DNA from: Haliotis rubra
Taxonomy: Eukaryota
Assembly: GCF_003918875.1 (NCBI RefSeq)
Contig: NW_025765195.1
Coordinates: 62,001-126,000, forward strand
Direction of reading: 5' to 3'
Length of the DNA stretch: 64,000 nt
Within the stretch, counting starts at the first letter, position 1. The number at the start of each line of letters is the position of its first letter. Below are positions 12,701 through 25,847 of this stretch, piece after piece. A program made the translations under genes and the position numbers. The notes under the pieces are model-generated. The model saw only the letters and a list, made by a program, of their open reading frames with translations. It searched no databases and had not been told where the DNA came from.

Positions 12701-15700
12701 TAAAACCATACTCACTCACTCACTCGCGATATGCGAAGCTCATTACTGGTGTCCCCCGCCACGATAGTGCTGGAATAGTGCTATAAGTGGCATAAAACCA
12801 TACTCACTCACTCACTCACTAACAGTGGTATAAACTTGTATTTCAAGTTTGATAATGGTATTGAGTATTCGATGCTAGGAAAATTGGAAGGGTGAAGGTG
12901 AAAGTTTGAAATAGGAATGGAATAATCAATGATGCCAGCAAAAACATGTTTGTGGATGTGAACATGTATGCTGCTCAAAATAGAAGGTAAAGAATGCTGA
13001 CTTACTAAAGTTATATGAAGGCAAAGAATCAGATGTTCTCTAACATGTTTTGAGTAATATAATGATATTTCTCATCCAAAACTGTGTTCCACAGGAGATA
13101 TTGCTTGTGTGAAATCAAATGATATCTCCTAGGACAGTAGATTTTGTACAATGCTATGATGTCATGAACTTGATGACATCACAATGCTATGGCATCGCTG
13201 CAATGCAAGTATAATGGCAGTACCGTGTTCAGAGACGTTCATTTTTCATTGAAAACTAATGGAGATTGATTTTTGATGATAAAGAGAATCTCACCTTTGT
13301 GCCTTCTGATATCAAATATATCAACACTCATTGATAAATGTAAAAATATCCTCAGCAAGCCTCGGATATTTGTAACTTTATCAACTCGTGGTGATATATT
13401 TGATATCAAAAGACACTCAGATGAGATTCTCTATATCTATGTAAGGGCAAAACAGGTAAGTTTCGGGGGTAATTGATGATTGGTCAATATTTTCAGACTA
13501 CTTTCACCTCCCTTAGCTGTAAACAAAGCTATTTGTTCCAGCAATATATAAGTTACTTAAAATTCCACCAAGAAATGGTGAAACTTATATATTTTGCAGA
13601 ATTTAAAGCAATAAATGTTAGCACTACTTTGTTATGTGCTTGTTTCTTCTGACGTAATGGTGTCACTCGGTCACTCTTCCATCACTGTTGTTCGCTTGGA
13701 TGTATTCATACGCAAGACTTCAAATGAACTTGTTACAGGTGACGTTTCGTTTTTATTTCTCTTGGGCGACAAAATTAAGTATGACAGATAGAATCTCCCC
13801 CCTAGTGTCTCACGAGATATGTATTTTAGCTGTGTAATATTTTGATTCATTGTGACAAAGCCAACGTGTGGTTGAGAAAGATGTGCGTGTTGCCAGGGTG
13901 CACAAGGAGCTGGCAAAATGGGAACATGGTCTGAGGTCTGAGATTGAACTGAAGGACAAGAAGTCCCAGATGTTGCAGGAAGAGAAGGATGCAAATATCT
14001 TGCAGGTAGGTCTTGCAAATGTCTGTATAGAATTGTGTTGACTTGTGGTCCAAATTTCGAGGAGGTGACTACACCTCATTTGCATATCGGATTGGAGTTG
14101 GTCCGTATGCTGGTCTCAAGGTGACATATGGTATATCAATGCGTTGGTAAATGAGTGAAGCCCATTTCTGGTGTCCCCTGCCGTGATATTGCTGGAATAT
14201 TGCTAAAAGCGGCGTAAAACTAAACTCAGTCAGTCAGTCAATGCGTTGGTCTGATACCCAGTGATATTGTTCAGAAAAAAATCAAATTTTGTATGAGATA
14301 TTGTTCCATGAAATATCCTGGGATGTAAGCTTCCAACTGCTGGTGAATTCCTTGTTCTTACTATACATGTTTTGCAAATATAGATTGATTGATTGATCCT
14401 CGCCTTGGTTACGATTGCCAAGGCAACTGGCTTGGTGAGTCAGAAGTAAGAAGGAAAGGGGTCGTCTCAAATATTCCTAAATAATTTGGCATATATCACA
14501 AACACATTTTCATTACAAATTTAGGGGTCATGTTTGCGCTGATGATATGTTTCGTTCAGGGTGGTGTTATAGACCGGGTTTATATATAGCCTTGACTTTG
14601 ATGGCTCGAAGAGGGGGGTTGTCTTTGAGTGTGGTCGCACTATACGCAGCGATATATGGTATTGGGTCAGTTGGTCAGACTAGCTGACCTGATGAGTTAT
14701 CATCATGGTCGCATGTGTTAGGTACCATTGAGGTTTCCCAAATGAAACCCCTTTCTAAATGGTGTGCTAGTCTGTGTGGGGAATTAGCTCAGCAAAGAGT
14801 CCGAAGTCACAAGAATCTAATTACAATTTAATTAACAAAAACATGGTATGGCCACAGAGTTGGTACAATCCTCTGGGCTTAGGGCTAGAGCTAACTTGTG
14901 TTGGGAGAGTCTAAACCCTACTGATTTCCTAACTATTTATTTAGAATTGAAACAATAAAAAGATTATGATTCCTTTGATGGGCATTTCAGAAGTTGAGGT
15001 GATGAAGAATGGTGACAATTTTTATGGAAATACAACTTCTTTAATTCTGTGAAAGGTGATGTTTCGACATAGATTCTAATGTCATTGCATATCCATAAAA
15101 ATTGGCATAATTCTTCAGACTATGATTCGTTGATGATACAAAATGGGCGTGCCCTATAATAACCAATGAAATGACCAGACAAAGGGGAGTACTTAATCCT
15201 GCTAATCCTAATTCAACTGGCACTTGGGTTGATAGAGAATACTACACGAGGTCTCATTACACACGAATTATACAAAACGAGTGTCCTTCCTATGGTATTT
15301 GACCGAGTGAAAGCGAGGTCAGATAGCATAGGAAGGTCAGGAGTTTCGTATAATTCGTATGTAATATGACCGAGTGTGGTATTTTATTTATTACCCACGT
15401 CTTACATGCATTAAATTGACAAAATAGCGTATTTTTTTTAATATTTTGGTTTCAAACCGAAACCGGTTTCATAAAGAGGTTGGGGAAGAGTTTTGTACTG
15501 TAGTACAATATTTGCATGACGTCACACTGTAATGACATCACTGCCTTGATAACCGACTTCACGATGCATGTCAGTTGTCATCTCCTACAGTAAACTACTC
15601 CGTAGCACCCCGTTTCTTGGTTTGCAGTTGCCTCATTCGGCTGGTGGAAGCATTGCGCTTATGTTTTTCGACGGATATAATGTCTCAGTTCGACTCATAA

Positions 15701-18666
15701 CGTTCGCGATGTTTACATTCCCACAATGCATTTAAGTTGTAGAATGAATGAATTCACATGTTTGTTATGAATGAAAAAATAGTTATGTCAGAATGTGACC
15801 TAATTGAGAGGTCATCGGTTATCCAATCAAATCGTTAGAATCTCAGGTCAAGTCGTTACGACACAGGTCAACGCGATACGACACTTGTGTGATGTACGAG
15901 ATAAGTATGCAACTACCCATACGTTGACCATGTGGGAAATAAACACATTTACTGGACGCTTGGATGATTATGGTACAGTAGACACGCTTACTCTGGGTTA
16001 AATCTTAATGAGCCTAAATTGAAGTGTCTAATATAGGTGATGACATGTTTACCTTATAAAATAAATCATGGCAATTTATGAAACAGTGTAGACATACAAT
16101 GTAGTTTTTGTCTTACTTAAAAGTAAGTCTAAAAGACGAGTCCTTATTACCTTTGGCTAGGATTTATCTAGAACCATCTTTTAAACTATGTAGATGTAAC
16201 TTATACCTTTTTCAACAGTATGTCTCTGAGATGAATTCTTATTACTTTTGACTGGAGTCTTTCTCTTAGCTATTACTAATCATGATAAAACAAACATTCT
16301 ATATTTATGTATTCCTAATATCTGAATCCTAACATATTTTGTAGTAGTAATAATTGATAATGAATTTTTGTATAAATTACGACTCCATGATAGTATTTCA
16401 AGGTACCCTGGTACCATAGATCGTTGCTCATATAGTCGACCACTGGTTTGTCTGGACCTGACTTGATTATTTAGGGGCTGCTGTCAGGGCTCCAAATAAG
16501 GGCTGTATCGGTGTATGTACTGATAAAGAATATGCACGATACGGTAGGAAATAATTTAGAAAACGTAGCAGATACGCACTACAGCAATGGTGTACTGTCT
16601 CAGAATCATTTACAGAAAAAGTATTGTTTTATTGTTTATTGACCTGTTTACACAAGAGTAGCAATGTTGTGGTGCATATATGAAGTGAAACACAAGATTA
16701 CTGGTACGCCATTAATTTCCATTCAGTACTCTAAATGTACACTTAAGGTTTTCCAGTACTCCTATATTGAAAAAAATAAGGAGTATGTACTCCTGATGTT
16801 GAAAACTTACCTGGAGCCCTGTGGCTGCTGTCATACAGCTGCACTATGCTGAGTACCCACATAGCAAGAACTAGGCTCTATGATTACAGCTTGCCAACAC
16901 TTACACTCCGTTGCTTTCATTTGAGACTGATGAATTGCTCACTAACACAAAATCTAATAATTGCAATAAAACCAGATTTTGCACAGTCACATGAAATCAA
17001 CAGACCAACTCTGATGTGCGTGTATACATTTTAAAATACAACTGATATAGCTATGAGATAACTCGTAGTGGCAAATCTGAGCAGACATTGATGCTATGAA
17101 TATACTCGTGGCGGCAGTCAACGTGTTTACAAAAGATCATTATTTTGTTGTCACTTTTTGCTATTTTTTACGAGGGGGCACCACTTGTTGGTAGAACAGC
17201 CAGGTAATCAACAAGCATGTGTAGTGAAATTTCAATTTCACACGTGCAACTCACACGTGATCTATGTGTGGTATGCATGTTCTGTGTGTGATGTGCATGA
17301 TCTATGTGTAGTATGCATGATCTTTTGTGTTGCATGATTTGTATGGCATGCATTATGTATCTCTGGTATGCATGTATACATTATCTGTGTGGCATGCATG
17401 ATGTATCTGTGGTGTGCATGTGTACATGATCTGTGTGGCATAAATGATGTATCTGTGGTATGCATGTATACATGATCTGTATGGCATGCATGATGTATCT
17501 GTTGTATGCATGTATACATGATCTGTGTGGCATGCATGATGTATCTGTGGTATGCATGTATACATAATCTGTATGGCATGCATGATGTATCTGTTGTATG
17601 CATGTATACATGATTTGTGTGGCATGCATGATGTATCTGTGGTATGCATGTATACATGATCTGTGTGGCATGCATGATGTATCTGTGGTATGCATGTATA
17701 CATGATCTGTGTGGCATGCATGATGTATCTGTTGTATGCATGTATACATGAATTGTGTGGCATGCATGATGTATCTGTTGTATGCATGTATACATGATCT
17801 GTGTGGCATGCATGATGTATCTGTGGTATACATGTGTACATGATCTGTGTGGCATGCATGATGTATTTGTGGTAGGCATGTGTACATGATCTGTGTGGCA
17901 TGCATGATGCATCTGTGTTAGGCATGTATACATGATCTGTGTGGCATGCATAATCTATATATAGTGTATATATTGTGTGCATAATCTATGTGTGGTAGGC
18001 ATGGTATGCATGATCTACATATTGAATGCATGGTGTATGCATGATCTGTTTGTTATGCATGGTCTGTGTGTGTGGCATGCATGGTCTATGTGCGGTAAGC
18101 ATAAACTACATATGGTATGCATGGTTTATTCATGGTATGCATTGATTATTCATGGTATACATGATATGTGTGTGCTATGCTAGGTCTGTATGTGCTGTGC
18201 ATGGTTGTTGTGCTATGCATGATCTGTGTGCTATGCATGATGCATGCATGGTCTGTGTGTGCTATGTATGATGTATGCATGATCTGTATGTGGCATGCAT
18301 GGTCTATGTGTGCTATGCATGGTCTGTGTGTGGTATACATTGTCTATGTGTGATATGTGGAATACATGGTCTAGGCATGGTATATGTATGCTTCGTCTAA
18401 GCATGATGTGTTTTTTCGAAATATGAACAAAGGAAGCTCCATCATGGTAATGTTAGATCTGAAAAACATGCTTATCAAATAATGGCAACTCCTATTTTCA
18501 GACAAGAGCAGTTGCTGAGGCAACGCAGAAGCTGAGAGATGATGTTCGCCACAAGTATGACAATGAAACAATCGGTCAGAAGGCACTTCAAGCTGAGCTG
18601 TATTCCAAGATTGGCACAGGAGTTGTGTCTGCAGTAAAAAATTCATCAAGTTTACGATTTGGCTAA
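716..18666 (+). CDS. 3' portion of a coiled-coil protein gene, CCDC177/CCDC185-like. Exons ~716-854, 5114-5186, 6895-7002, 7821-7923, 12044-12153, 13897-14005, 18502-18666 (stop). The 5' end lies upstream of the window.
   Basis: Manually spliced AG/GT exons with compatible phases give a continuous E/K/R/Q-rich helical protein ending ...TRAVAEATQKLRDDVRHKYDNETIGQKALQAELYSKIGTGVVSAVKNSSSLRFG*. This resembles my recollection of the CCDC177 C-terminus. Exon 5114-5186 is 1 nt short of frame. The first acceptor is uncertain (716 or 729). Confidence 0.75.
984..1410 (+). repeat. Tandem array of the family B head, 75-77-bp unit, ~6 copies
   Basis: Unit CCCGTGAACATTCGGGATAGAATTCTTTCAGCAACCCATGCTTGTTGTAAGAGGTGACTAACAGGATCAGGTGGT. 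Confidence 0.92.
1507..2203. mobile_element. MITE with TA-flanked CTGTAAA termini, containing a nested family A SINE
   Basis: TA|CTGTAAACCGCAACTATTCTGCG...CGCAGAATATTTCCGTTTTACAG|TA. Confidence 0.7.
1886..2050 (+). mobile_element. tRNA-derived SINE, family A (~165 bp), representative copy. Other copies: 4367-4530(+), 7308-7460(+), 7946-8108(+), 12170-12325(+), 14155-14240(+), 18843-19000(-), 19020-19170(+), cluster 21870-22270, 22487-22600(-), 23940-24097(-), 26815-26983(-), 28688-28836(-), 35318-35484(-), 2342-2490(-).
   Basis: A box TAGCCTAGTGG, B box GGTTCGAATCC, conserved body, GCTGGAATATTGCTAAAAGCGGCGTAAAAC tail with (ACTC/AGTC)n. The TSD here is TCATACAATATC. Confidence 0.92.
2503..3985. 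repeat. ~130-bp unit present about three times in tandem, interrupted by the Kolobok-like element
   Basis: GAAATGTCTGAATGATTG..AATATGTAAAGAAAGAGATGCTTAAT..GATAAAAGAGAGCAAT recurs at ~2503, ~2638 and ~3848. Confidence 0.85.
2713..3784. mobile_element. Non-autonomous Kolobok-like DNA transposon with TTAA TSD
   Basis: TTAA|AAGTCACATGCAAC...GTTGCATGTGACCT|TTAA. It is inserted at a TTAA inside a ~130-bp tandem unit that resumes exactly after it. Confidence 0.85.
5968..6215 (+). mobile_element. SINE-like family B (~245 bp, no tRNA head), representative copy. Other copies: 166-388(+), 7023-7295(+, rearranged), 7553-7797(+), 26251-26471(-), 29578-29735(-, partial).
   Basis: Shared head CCCGTGAAGATCCGGGTTAGAATTGGTCTTCAGCAACCCATGCTTGTCGTAAGAGGCGACTAA. 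The GCTGGAATATTGCT..GGCGTAAAAC(ACTC)n tail is the same as in family A. Confidence 0.88.
6655..6868. mobile_element. Short palindromic Penelope pseudo-LTR-like insertion with hammerhead-like cores and a 13-bp flanking direct repeat
   Basis: ~85-bp inverted arms (6656-6740 and 6748-6832). The minus arm reads CTTGATAA-CGGTGT-CAGCATCT-ACACCG-AAAC. AAAATAATGCTTG lies at 6642-6654 and 6869-6881. Confidence 0.65.
8383..8707. mobile_element. MITE with GGCCAGACC termini and TTA flanks (Zator- or Harbinger-like). A partial copy starts near 27171.
   Basis: TTA|GGCCAGACCGATTTTATTTCTTGTTTTA...TAAAACAAGAAATAAAATTGGTCTGGCC|TTA. Confidence 0.75.
9150..9690 (-). mobile_element. Long tRNA-derived SINE with a Deu-like (possibly Meta-like) domain, next to a second Deu-like fragment at ~9715-9860
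   Basis: Reverse complement has a tRNA-like head GGGCGCAGTGGCGAGCTGGATAAGGCG, a CAGTCCACCCAGCTGTGAATGGGTACC block and a GCGCTATATAAAT..(AAT)n tail. Confidence 0.6.
9967..11860. mobile_element. Hairpin-ended non-autonomous element pair in inverted orientation, flanking an 80-bp array; superfamily uncertain
   Basis: 9997-10180 is the reverse complement of ~11643-11858 (with an indel). 9967-10000 is inverted relative to the array unit end. There is a long hairpin at 10187-10263. Confidence 0.65.
10240..11494. repeat. 80-bp tandem array (~15.5 copies), each unit with an internal hairpin
   Basis: Unit ATGTACCCTCTGTTTGTATATAAACAAACATCGAGGGTACATCAACCCATGTACCCCAAGGGACCAGTGAACAACTTATA. Confidence 0.97.
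12330..12820 (+). repeat. Tandem repeats (~5) of the family A SINE 3' half, following a full copy
   Basis: CGCAATATGTTAAGCTCATTACTGGTGTCCCCCGCCACGATAGTGCTGGAATATTGCTATAAGTGGCGTAAAAC(TCAC)n recurs every ~90-110 bp. Confidence 0.9.
13275..13440. repeat. ~160-bp imperfect palindrome, probably the end of a hairpin-type non-autonomous element starting near 13050
   Basis: AGAGAATCTCA..TGATATCAAATATATCA..TTGATAAA is mirrored about CTCAGCAAGCCTCG. Confidence 0.7.
15230..15395. repeat. ~160-bp imperfect palindrome, probably the end of a hairpin-type element extending to ~15945
   Basis: AATACTACAC..ACGAATTATAC..CCTTCCTATG..TGACC is mirrored about GAGTGAAAGCGA. TATTTATTACCCAC at ~15385 is inverted at ~15932 (GTGGGAAATAAA). 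Confidence 0.7.
16485..16821. mobile_element. hAT-like MITE inserted in a family B remnant
   Basis: CAGGGCTCCA...TGGAGCCCTG termini, with GGCTGCTGT on both flanks. Confidence 0.65.
17258..18400. repeat. 46-bp minisatellite (core ~17350-17950) decaying into ATGC/GTAT-rich simple sequence
   Basis: Unit GCATGCATGATGTATCTGTGGTATGCATGTATACATGATCTGTGTG. Confidence 0.93.
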
Positions 18667-20544
18667 GTGGGGACTGACTATTACACATCACTTCTGCTGA
18701 TGAACATGTGAAGAACATACTTCAAGACCATGTTAATATCGACTGTTAATCATTCTGTCATTTTCTCAAAATTCCTTTCCTTTCTGTGATGATTTAAGGT
18801 GGACTTGTAAGATGGAGGACCCTTGGGATTTCTAAATTTTTAGTGAGTGAGTATGGTTTTATGCCACTTTTAGCAATATTTCAGCAATATCACGGCAGGG
18901 AACACCAGAAATTGGCTTCCCACATTGTACCCATGTGGGGAATTGAACCCGGGTCTTTGGTGTGATGAGCAAACGCTTTAACCACAAGACTACCCCACCA
19001 CACTCCAAATTTTTAGGAACAGTGGTGTAGGCTAGTGGTGAAAGCGTTACCTCTCCCGCTGATGGCCTGGATTCGATCCCTCACATGGGTACAATGTGGG
19101 AAGCCATTTCTAGTGTCCCATGCTGGGATATTGCTAAAATCAGCATAAAACCATAATCACTCACTCACTCTAAATTTTTAATCTTGAAATTAAAATTTGT
19201 ACCATTTCAATATCATCATTTGGATCTTTTATCCCAAATCTTTTATTCCAAATAAGAGATATGACTTTATTTCATATGGCAATACTCATGTTATTTCACA
19301 TCTCATTGCTGTTGTCATGATGACATTGTTTTGTCTACACAAAATTTCAACAGTCCATATTGTTCATTTACTACTGTTATAACTTTTAAGGATTACAGTT
19401 TATTTTAGCCTTTGGTTATAATTTATATTCCAGCTTACCCAAGTTTTATTTTGGATATTTGGTTGAACACAAGCAGGATCTATTCTTTTCTCTTTTACAC
19501 ATTTTATACATGGACCTGTTGATATGAATTAAATTCCTTAATGATTAACTGGCACAGAAACTAGTGTCTGTCAGAAATATTTTTGTAACCATTTTGTTGT
19601 CATTTGTTATTTTAAGTGATATTTGTACATAGTTATACTGTTTTTGTGTTATGTTCATAGTGATAGTTTTTGTGAAAATATTATCTGTGATAGGATTCTA
19701 TTTACAGTTGTCCAGAAAAATCACTGGCATTTTATTTAAGTCATCTGTCATCTCTACTTCTTCATTGACGTGATTTGCTAAAATTATTGTCATATTTGGC
19801 CAGGGTTATTTGTATTTTGACTTTTTCATGTCCCCGACTAAAATGGCAATGTGCGGAAATACTTACATTAAGCATGCAGATACACAAATCATTTCGATTT
19901 AAAGGTAATAATAATAATAATAAATAACATAATAATGACTATTTTGTATAGCGGACTTTCACCACAAGGGCAATGTTCAAAGCTGAAGAGTCACGATTCA
20001 TATGTAAAGGAAAATACAAGGATTTATAAAACAGCGTTGAAAAAGGTGTGTTTTGAGTCTGTATTTGAAGCGTGGCAGAGTTAGTACTAGTTTTAGATCA
20101 AGAGGCAGAGAGCCGAAAAGGGTAACAGCTGCATACTGAGAGGACTTGGCTCCAAACAATTTGAGTTTATAAGTAGGTATAAGGTAGCTTAAGAATTGGG
20201 CCTAAATTTTGATATACTTCTCACCTTTTTCCAAAACAAAAACCTACAACAATATACTGTTGACAATGGGACATATGAAACATCCTAATACTCTTACAAA
20301 ATTTAGGGCAAATCCCCTCTCCCGAAGCAAAAACAAAGTCTGTTAACGTTTTAGTATTGACAGAAAATTGCATTTTAAGGATGGTCTAATATGACCAAAC
20401 AAAGCAAAACCATTATTCCGTACAACTATTAAAAGATTGCTAAATGCCCTGTCAGGTAGATGTTTAAAGGACATTTTTATTTGCTGCAGCCATGTTCTTT
20501 TTGTGAGCTCAGGTATCACAGACCCGACGTAGCGACATTCATGT

Positions 20545-21443
20545 CGCTATGACATTCGTAAGACTATAATAAACTATGGAGTTACGACAGGTCGTAATGT
20601 TACGAACATTTTGTGGATCGCTATGACATTCGTAAGACGATGATAAACTATGGTGTTACGACAGGTTGTAATGTTACAAACACTTTGTGGATCGCTCCGA
20701 CATTCGTAAGACGATGATAAACTACGGTGTTACGACAGGTTGTAATGTTACGAACATTTTGTGGATCGCTATGACATTCATAACACGATGATAAACTACG
20801 GTGTAACGACAGGTAGTAATGCTACGGACATTTTGTAGATCGCTATGGCATTCATAACACGATGATAAACTAAGGTGTTACGACAGGTTGTAATGTTACA
20901 AACACTTTGTGGATCGCTATGACATTCATAACACGATGATAAACTACGGTGTTACGACAGGTTGTAATGCTACGAACATTTTGTAGATCGTTATTACATT
21001 TGTAACACAATGATAAACTACGGTGTTACGACAGGTTGTAATGTTACAAACACTTTGTGGATCGCTATGACATTCATAACACGATGATAAACTACGGTGT
21101 TACGACAGGTTGTAATATTACGAACATTTTGTGGATCGCTATGACATTCGTAACACGATGATAAACTACGGTGTTACGACAGGTTGTAATGTTACGAACA
21201 TTTTGTGGATCGCTATGACATTCTTAAGACGATGATAAACTACGGTGTTACGACAGGTAGTAATGCTACGAACATTTTGTAGATCGCTATGGCATTCATA
21301 ACACGATGATAAACTAAGGTGTTACGACAGGTTGTAATGTTACAAACACTTTGTGGATCGCTATGACATTCATAACACGATGATAAACTACGGTGTTACG
21401 ACAGGTTGTAATGTTATGTACACTTTGTGGATGGGGGACCCAG
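20545..21443. repeat. 74-bp tandem array (~12 copies) derived from a MITE
   Basis: Unit GATCGCTATGACATTCGTAAGACGATGATAAACTACGGTGTTACGACAGGTTGTAATGTTACGAACATTTTGTG. The array ends in a MITE-like terminus TTTGTGGATGGGGGACCCAG. Confidence 0.95.
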
Positions 21444-24287
21444 GTGTATCACTTTATTTTGGTCCTGCTACTGGAAAAACTGTTACTCAAAGTTCAAGTG
21501 AGAATTATTGTGAAATGAATGAGAGTTCCTGCAGCCTGTTAAATGTTAATATCTGGGCTTCGAATACTTATTACGACCTGCAGATCTGAAAACATGTTAT
21601 GTTGTATCAATTTTTCCTGTGCATTTTATAACCATTTTATTTTAGGGCTAATTGGCTGAACTATACTTCTGTGTTATACTTAGCCAGAATGGAATTAACT
21701 GCCAGTAAGCGAAAATTCTTTTAGATAATAATGACAATGCCTTTGAAGGCATCAGTAGAAATGAAAATGTCAACAAAAACTAAAACTGTCATAGTTTTTT
21801 TTAAATGCATGCCTATTTGCATACATGTGTTATATGACTTAAATGTTTAACTTTGATTCCTGGAAGAAATGGGGTGGTGGGGTAGCCAAGTGGTTAAAGT
21901 GTTCGCTCGAATATTGCTAAAAACAACGTAAAACTAACCTCACTCACTCACTCACTCACTCACTCACTGAAGGACCATGGTAGCTGAGTGGTTGATGTGT
22001 TCACTTGCTACAGCAAAGGCTTAGGTTCAATTCCCTACATGTGTTCCATATGTGAGGGGTGGTGGGGCAGCCAAGAGGAAGTGTTTGTTCATCACGCTGA
22101 AGACCTGAATTCGATTCCCCACATGGATACAATGTGTCAACCCATTTCTGGTGTCCCCCCATTGCTGGATTATTGCTTAAGGTAGTGTAAAAGATACTCA
22201 CTCACTTGCAATATGTGAATACCATTTCTGGTGTCCCTTGGTGGGTTATTGCTGAAATCGTAGTCACTCGCTCGTATGTTAGTAGGGAAATATATAATAT
22301 ATCAGAGTGAGTGAGTTTAGTTTTACGCCGCACTGAACAATATTCCAGCGGCACAATAACCAAGATGTAGCTTCAATGGCTGAACATGCTGAAATGATGT
22401 AATCTTAAACTTCAAATATTTTAAGAAAGGCATTACAATGGAATTGTTTCTCTTGTATAGCTAGTGAGTTGTTACTCTTGTATAGTGAGTGAGTATGGTT
22501 TTACGCCGCTTTTAGCAATATTCCAGCAATATCACGGCGGGGGACACCCAGGTCTTTGGCGTGATGAGCAAATGCTTTAACCACTAGGCTACCCTGCAGC
22601 CTCTTGTTACTCTTGTGTGTTTAGGGATCATAAATATACATTGGGGGAGAAAAATGAATTGAAATACTTTCTTGTTAGTATATGATGTTTAAGATATGGT
22701 TGGTTTGTTGGTCTTAACAGTTACGTGAAAAAATGACAAAACTTAAGTCATATTTATCAACAGACTTAGTCTTAAGTTTTATCACAAAACTTAAGTCAAA
22801 CAATGAGAACTAAGTTTTATAAGTTTTTTGAATGACTTAAGTTGTTACATTAAATACATCCCCAAGGTCGGATTCCCTACATTGGTGGAACATTTGAAAC
22901 CCATTTTTGGTGCCTAGCTACAATATGGATGGGTAATGATAAAAGCCGTGTACAACCACATTCACCAACTACAGGGACTCTTCCGGTCGTCTCTTCCTGT
23001 TTTGACTTTCGAGGAAGGATGGTTGTTTAACGCCACAAAGCCAACGCCTTTACCCTCTAGGGTACCCCTCGAACCTGACTTACAGAGAGCGCCACAAGCC
23101 CGCCTGACCCTCTTGGGTACCCCTCCGAACCTGACTTACAGAGAATGATCCCGACTGTTTGAGAAAGTGCAGGTTTATGTGACACAGGCCAGTTCTGAAT
23201 CACCATGCTTCCAACCGACTTGAATATATTCTCCAGAAATTAATCAAAGATGTTGACATAAAGAGAATCAGATTGGTTCACATGAGCATTGTATCCCTTC
23301 TTGTATACCACACATGCATTGGTTAGAACATACCTTGTCTGATGGACTCACTGATGCTCACACAATCACTTTTTCCTGTTCAACGAAACCAATGTTGCCT
23401 GCCCACAATGCATATATTCATTTACATGAAATAAAAAAGCTTTTGAAAGTATGTGTTTCTTTTTTACTTCACAACATTTTGGGATATTTCTGTTGCCATA
23501 GATTCTTCAGTGTTGGTACCCTGATTAAAACTGGTTAAAACGTCTGCTTTCATGACCAAGGTCATGTCCCTGAGGCAAGAGAGATAACTGACTTTTAAGT
23601 CCAATTCCCACCCTTGCCAAATAGGGCTGGAATTTTTAGACATATTTGGATTTGGCTTAGAAGTATCTGCATAGTTCAATCAAAATCATGTAAAAATAAA
23701 TAAATCATGTTTGTTTAATAATATTTCATAATGTTGGTATTTTTTAAATTGTTATTTGTAAAATGAAGTTCTGAAGAGTTCGGTTTCATGATCTATACAC
23801 TTTGACTATTTGGGAAGGAATCTAATCCAGGATTTACCTCTTTAGTGATCCTTGTGATGCAAATCTTTAATGTTTACGAATTTGGAAGAAATTCTGGGAC
23901 AGATATGCAGAGAAATCAAAAAGGGTTAACCAGGATTCAAGTGAGAATTGTTTTACGCCGCTTTTAGCAATATTCCAGCAACATCATGGCGAGGGACTCC
24001 TGAAATAGGCTTCTTACATTGTTTCCATGAGGGGAATCGAACCCGGGCCCTCCACGTGACAAGTGAATGTTTTTACCACTAGGCTACCCCATCGCCCTAA
24101 CTGGGATTCAAACCCAATACCAGCGGCTTCTGGCAGGCCTAATAATGAGTTAACGTGACCTTGCAATGCCTCAAACAACTGGGTCCCCAGTGTCTCCCTG
24201 TTTTTTTTAACAGTATTTACATTACAATGTATGTCATATTGATGTGGGTGAAGGATCAAAGAGATGCATGTCTTTAACACTATATGG

Positions 24288-25525
24288 AGAAATCCAGGGA
24301 TACAGAGAAAACCAGGGACACAGAAAAACAGACATGGGGAAAACCAGGGACACGGGGAAAACCACGGACATGGAGAAATCCATGGATACGGAGAAACCCA
24401 AGGAAAAAGAAAACCACTGTCATTGAGAAAACCAGGGATACGGAGAAAACCAGGGACATGGAGAATACCAGGGACATGGAGAATACCAGGGGTACAGAGA
24501 AAACTAGGGACATGGAGAATACCAGGGGTACAGAGAAAACTAGGGACATGGAGAATACCAGGGGTACAGAGAAAACCAGGGACATGGAGAATACCAGGGG
24601 TACAGAGAAAACTAGGGACATGGAGAATACCAGGGGTACAGAGAAAACTAGGGACATGGAGAATACCAGGGGTACAGAGAAAACCAGGGACATGGAGAAT
24701 ACCAGGGGTACAGAGAAAACTAGGGACATGGAGAATACCAGGGGTACAGAGAAAACTAGAGACATGGAGAATACCAGGGGTACAGAGAAAACTAGGGACA
24801 TGGGGAATACCAGAGGTACAGAGAAAACCAGGGACATGGAGAATACCAGGGGTACAGAGAAAACTAGGGACATGGAGAATACCAGGGGTACAGAGAAAAC
24901 TAGGGACATGGAGAATACCAGGGGTACAGAGAAAACTAGGGACATGGAGAATACCAGGGGTACAGAGAAAACCAGGGACATGGAGAATACCAGGGGTACA
25001 GAGAAAACTAGGGACATGGAGAATACCAGGGGTACAGAGAAAACTAGGGACATGGAGAATACCAGGGGTACAGAGAAAACTAGGGACATGGAGAATACCA
25101 GGGGTACAGAGAAAACTAGGGACATGGGGAATACCAGGGGTACAGAGAAAACCAGGGACATGGAGAATACCAGGGGTACAGAGAAAACTAGGGACATGGA
25201 GAATACCAGGGGTACAGAGAAAACTAGGGACATGGGGAAAACCAGGGACACAGAAAAACACGGACATAGTGAAATCCATGGATACGGAAAAACCCAAGGA
25301 AAAAGAAAACCAGGGACACGGAGAAAACCAGGGACACGGAGAATTCCAGGGATACTGAGAAATCAAGGGATACGGAGAAAACCAGACATGGGGAAAACCA
25401 GGGACCTGGGGAAAACCACGGACATGGAGAAATCCATGGATACGGAGAAACCCAAGCAAAAAGAAAACCAGGGACATGGAAAAAACAGGGATACGGAGAA
25501 AACCAGGGATACAGAGAAATCTAGG
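24288..25525. repeat. 36-bp minisatellite (two 18-bp subunits), homogeneous core ~24470-25240 with degenerate duplicated flanks
   Basis: Unit ACCAGGGGTACAGAGAAAACTAGGGACATGGAGAAT. Confidence 0.96.
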
Positions 25526-25847
25526 CATACAGTGAAAATTCTGGATATGAAATTGTCATTCATCATCTGATTGAGGTCATCACCATGAACCCGAATTTTG
25601 ATCTCACAGGTTTGAAACCGATGAGCGATCCTTGTCAAATTATCTTCCCTTCACTAATCGGCTAGGTGCGCTGGTCTGGAGGGTCCCCCATTAAACTGAC
25701 TGAGCATGTCGTATGCGCAATGCAAGCTGTACGTGCTACTATTACACTTACAGTTATTTAACCAGTATTGCCATCACCTTCATCAGGAATGTTCACTACT
25801 GTGCATGTCAAGTGTCACGTCCTTCCGTGATTCCATGATACATCATG

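Noticed and set aside
17262-18353. His/Cys/Met-rich ORFs resembling metal-binding proteins
   Set aside because: Translations of a 46-bp minisatellite that is open in all three minus frames.
24014-25570. Long ORFs of 323-504 aa on both strands
   Set aside because: They arise from a 36-bp minisatellite that is stop-free in several frames. There is no splice or domain support.
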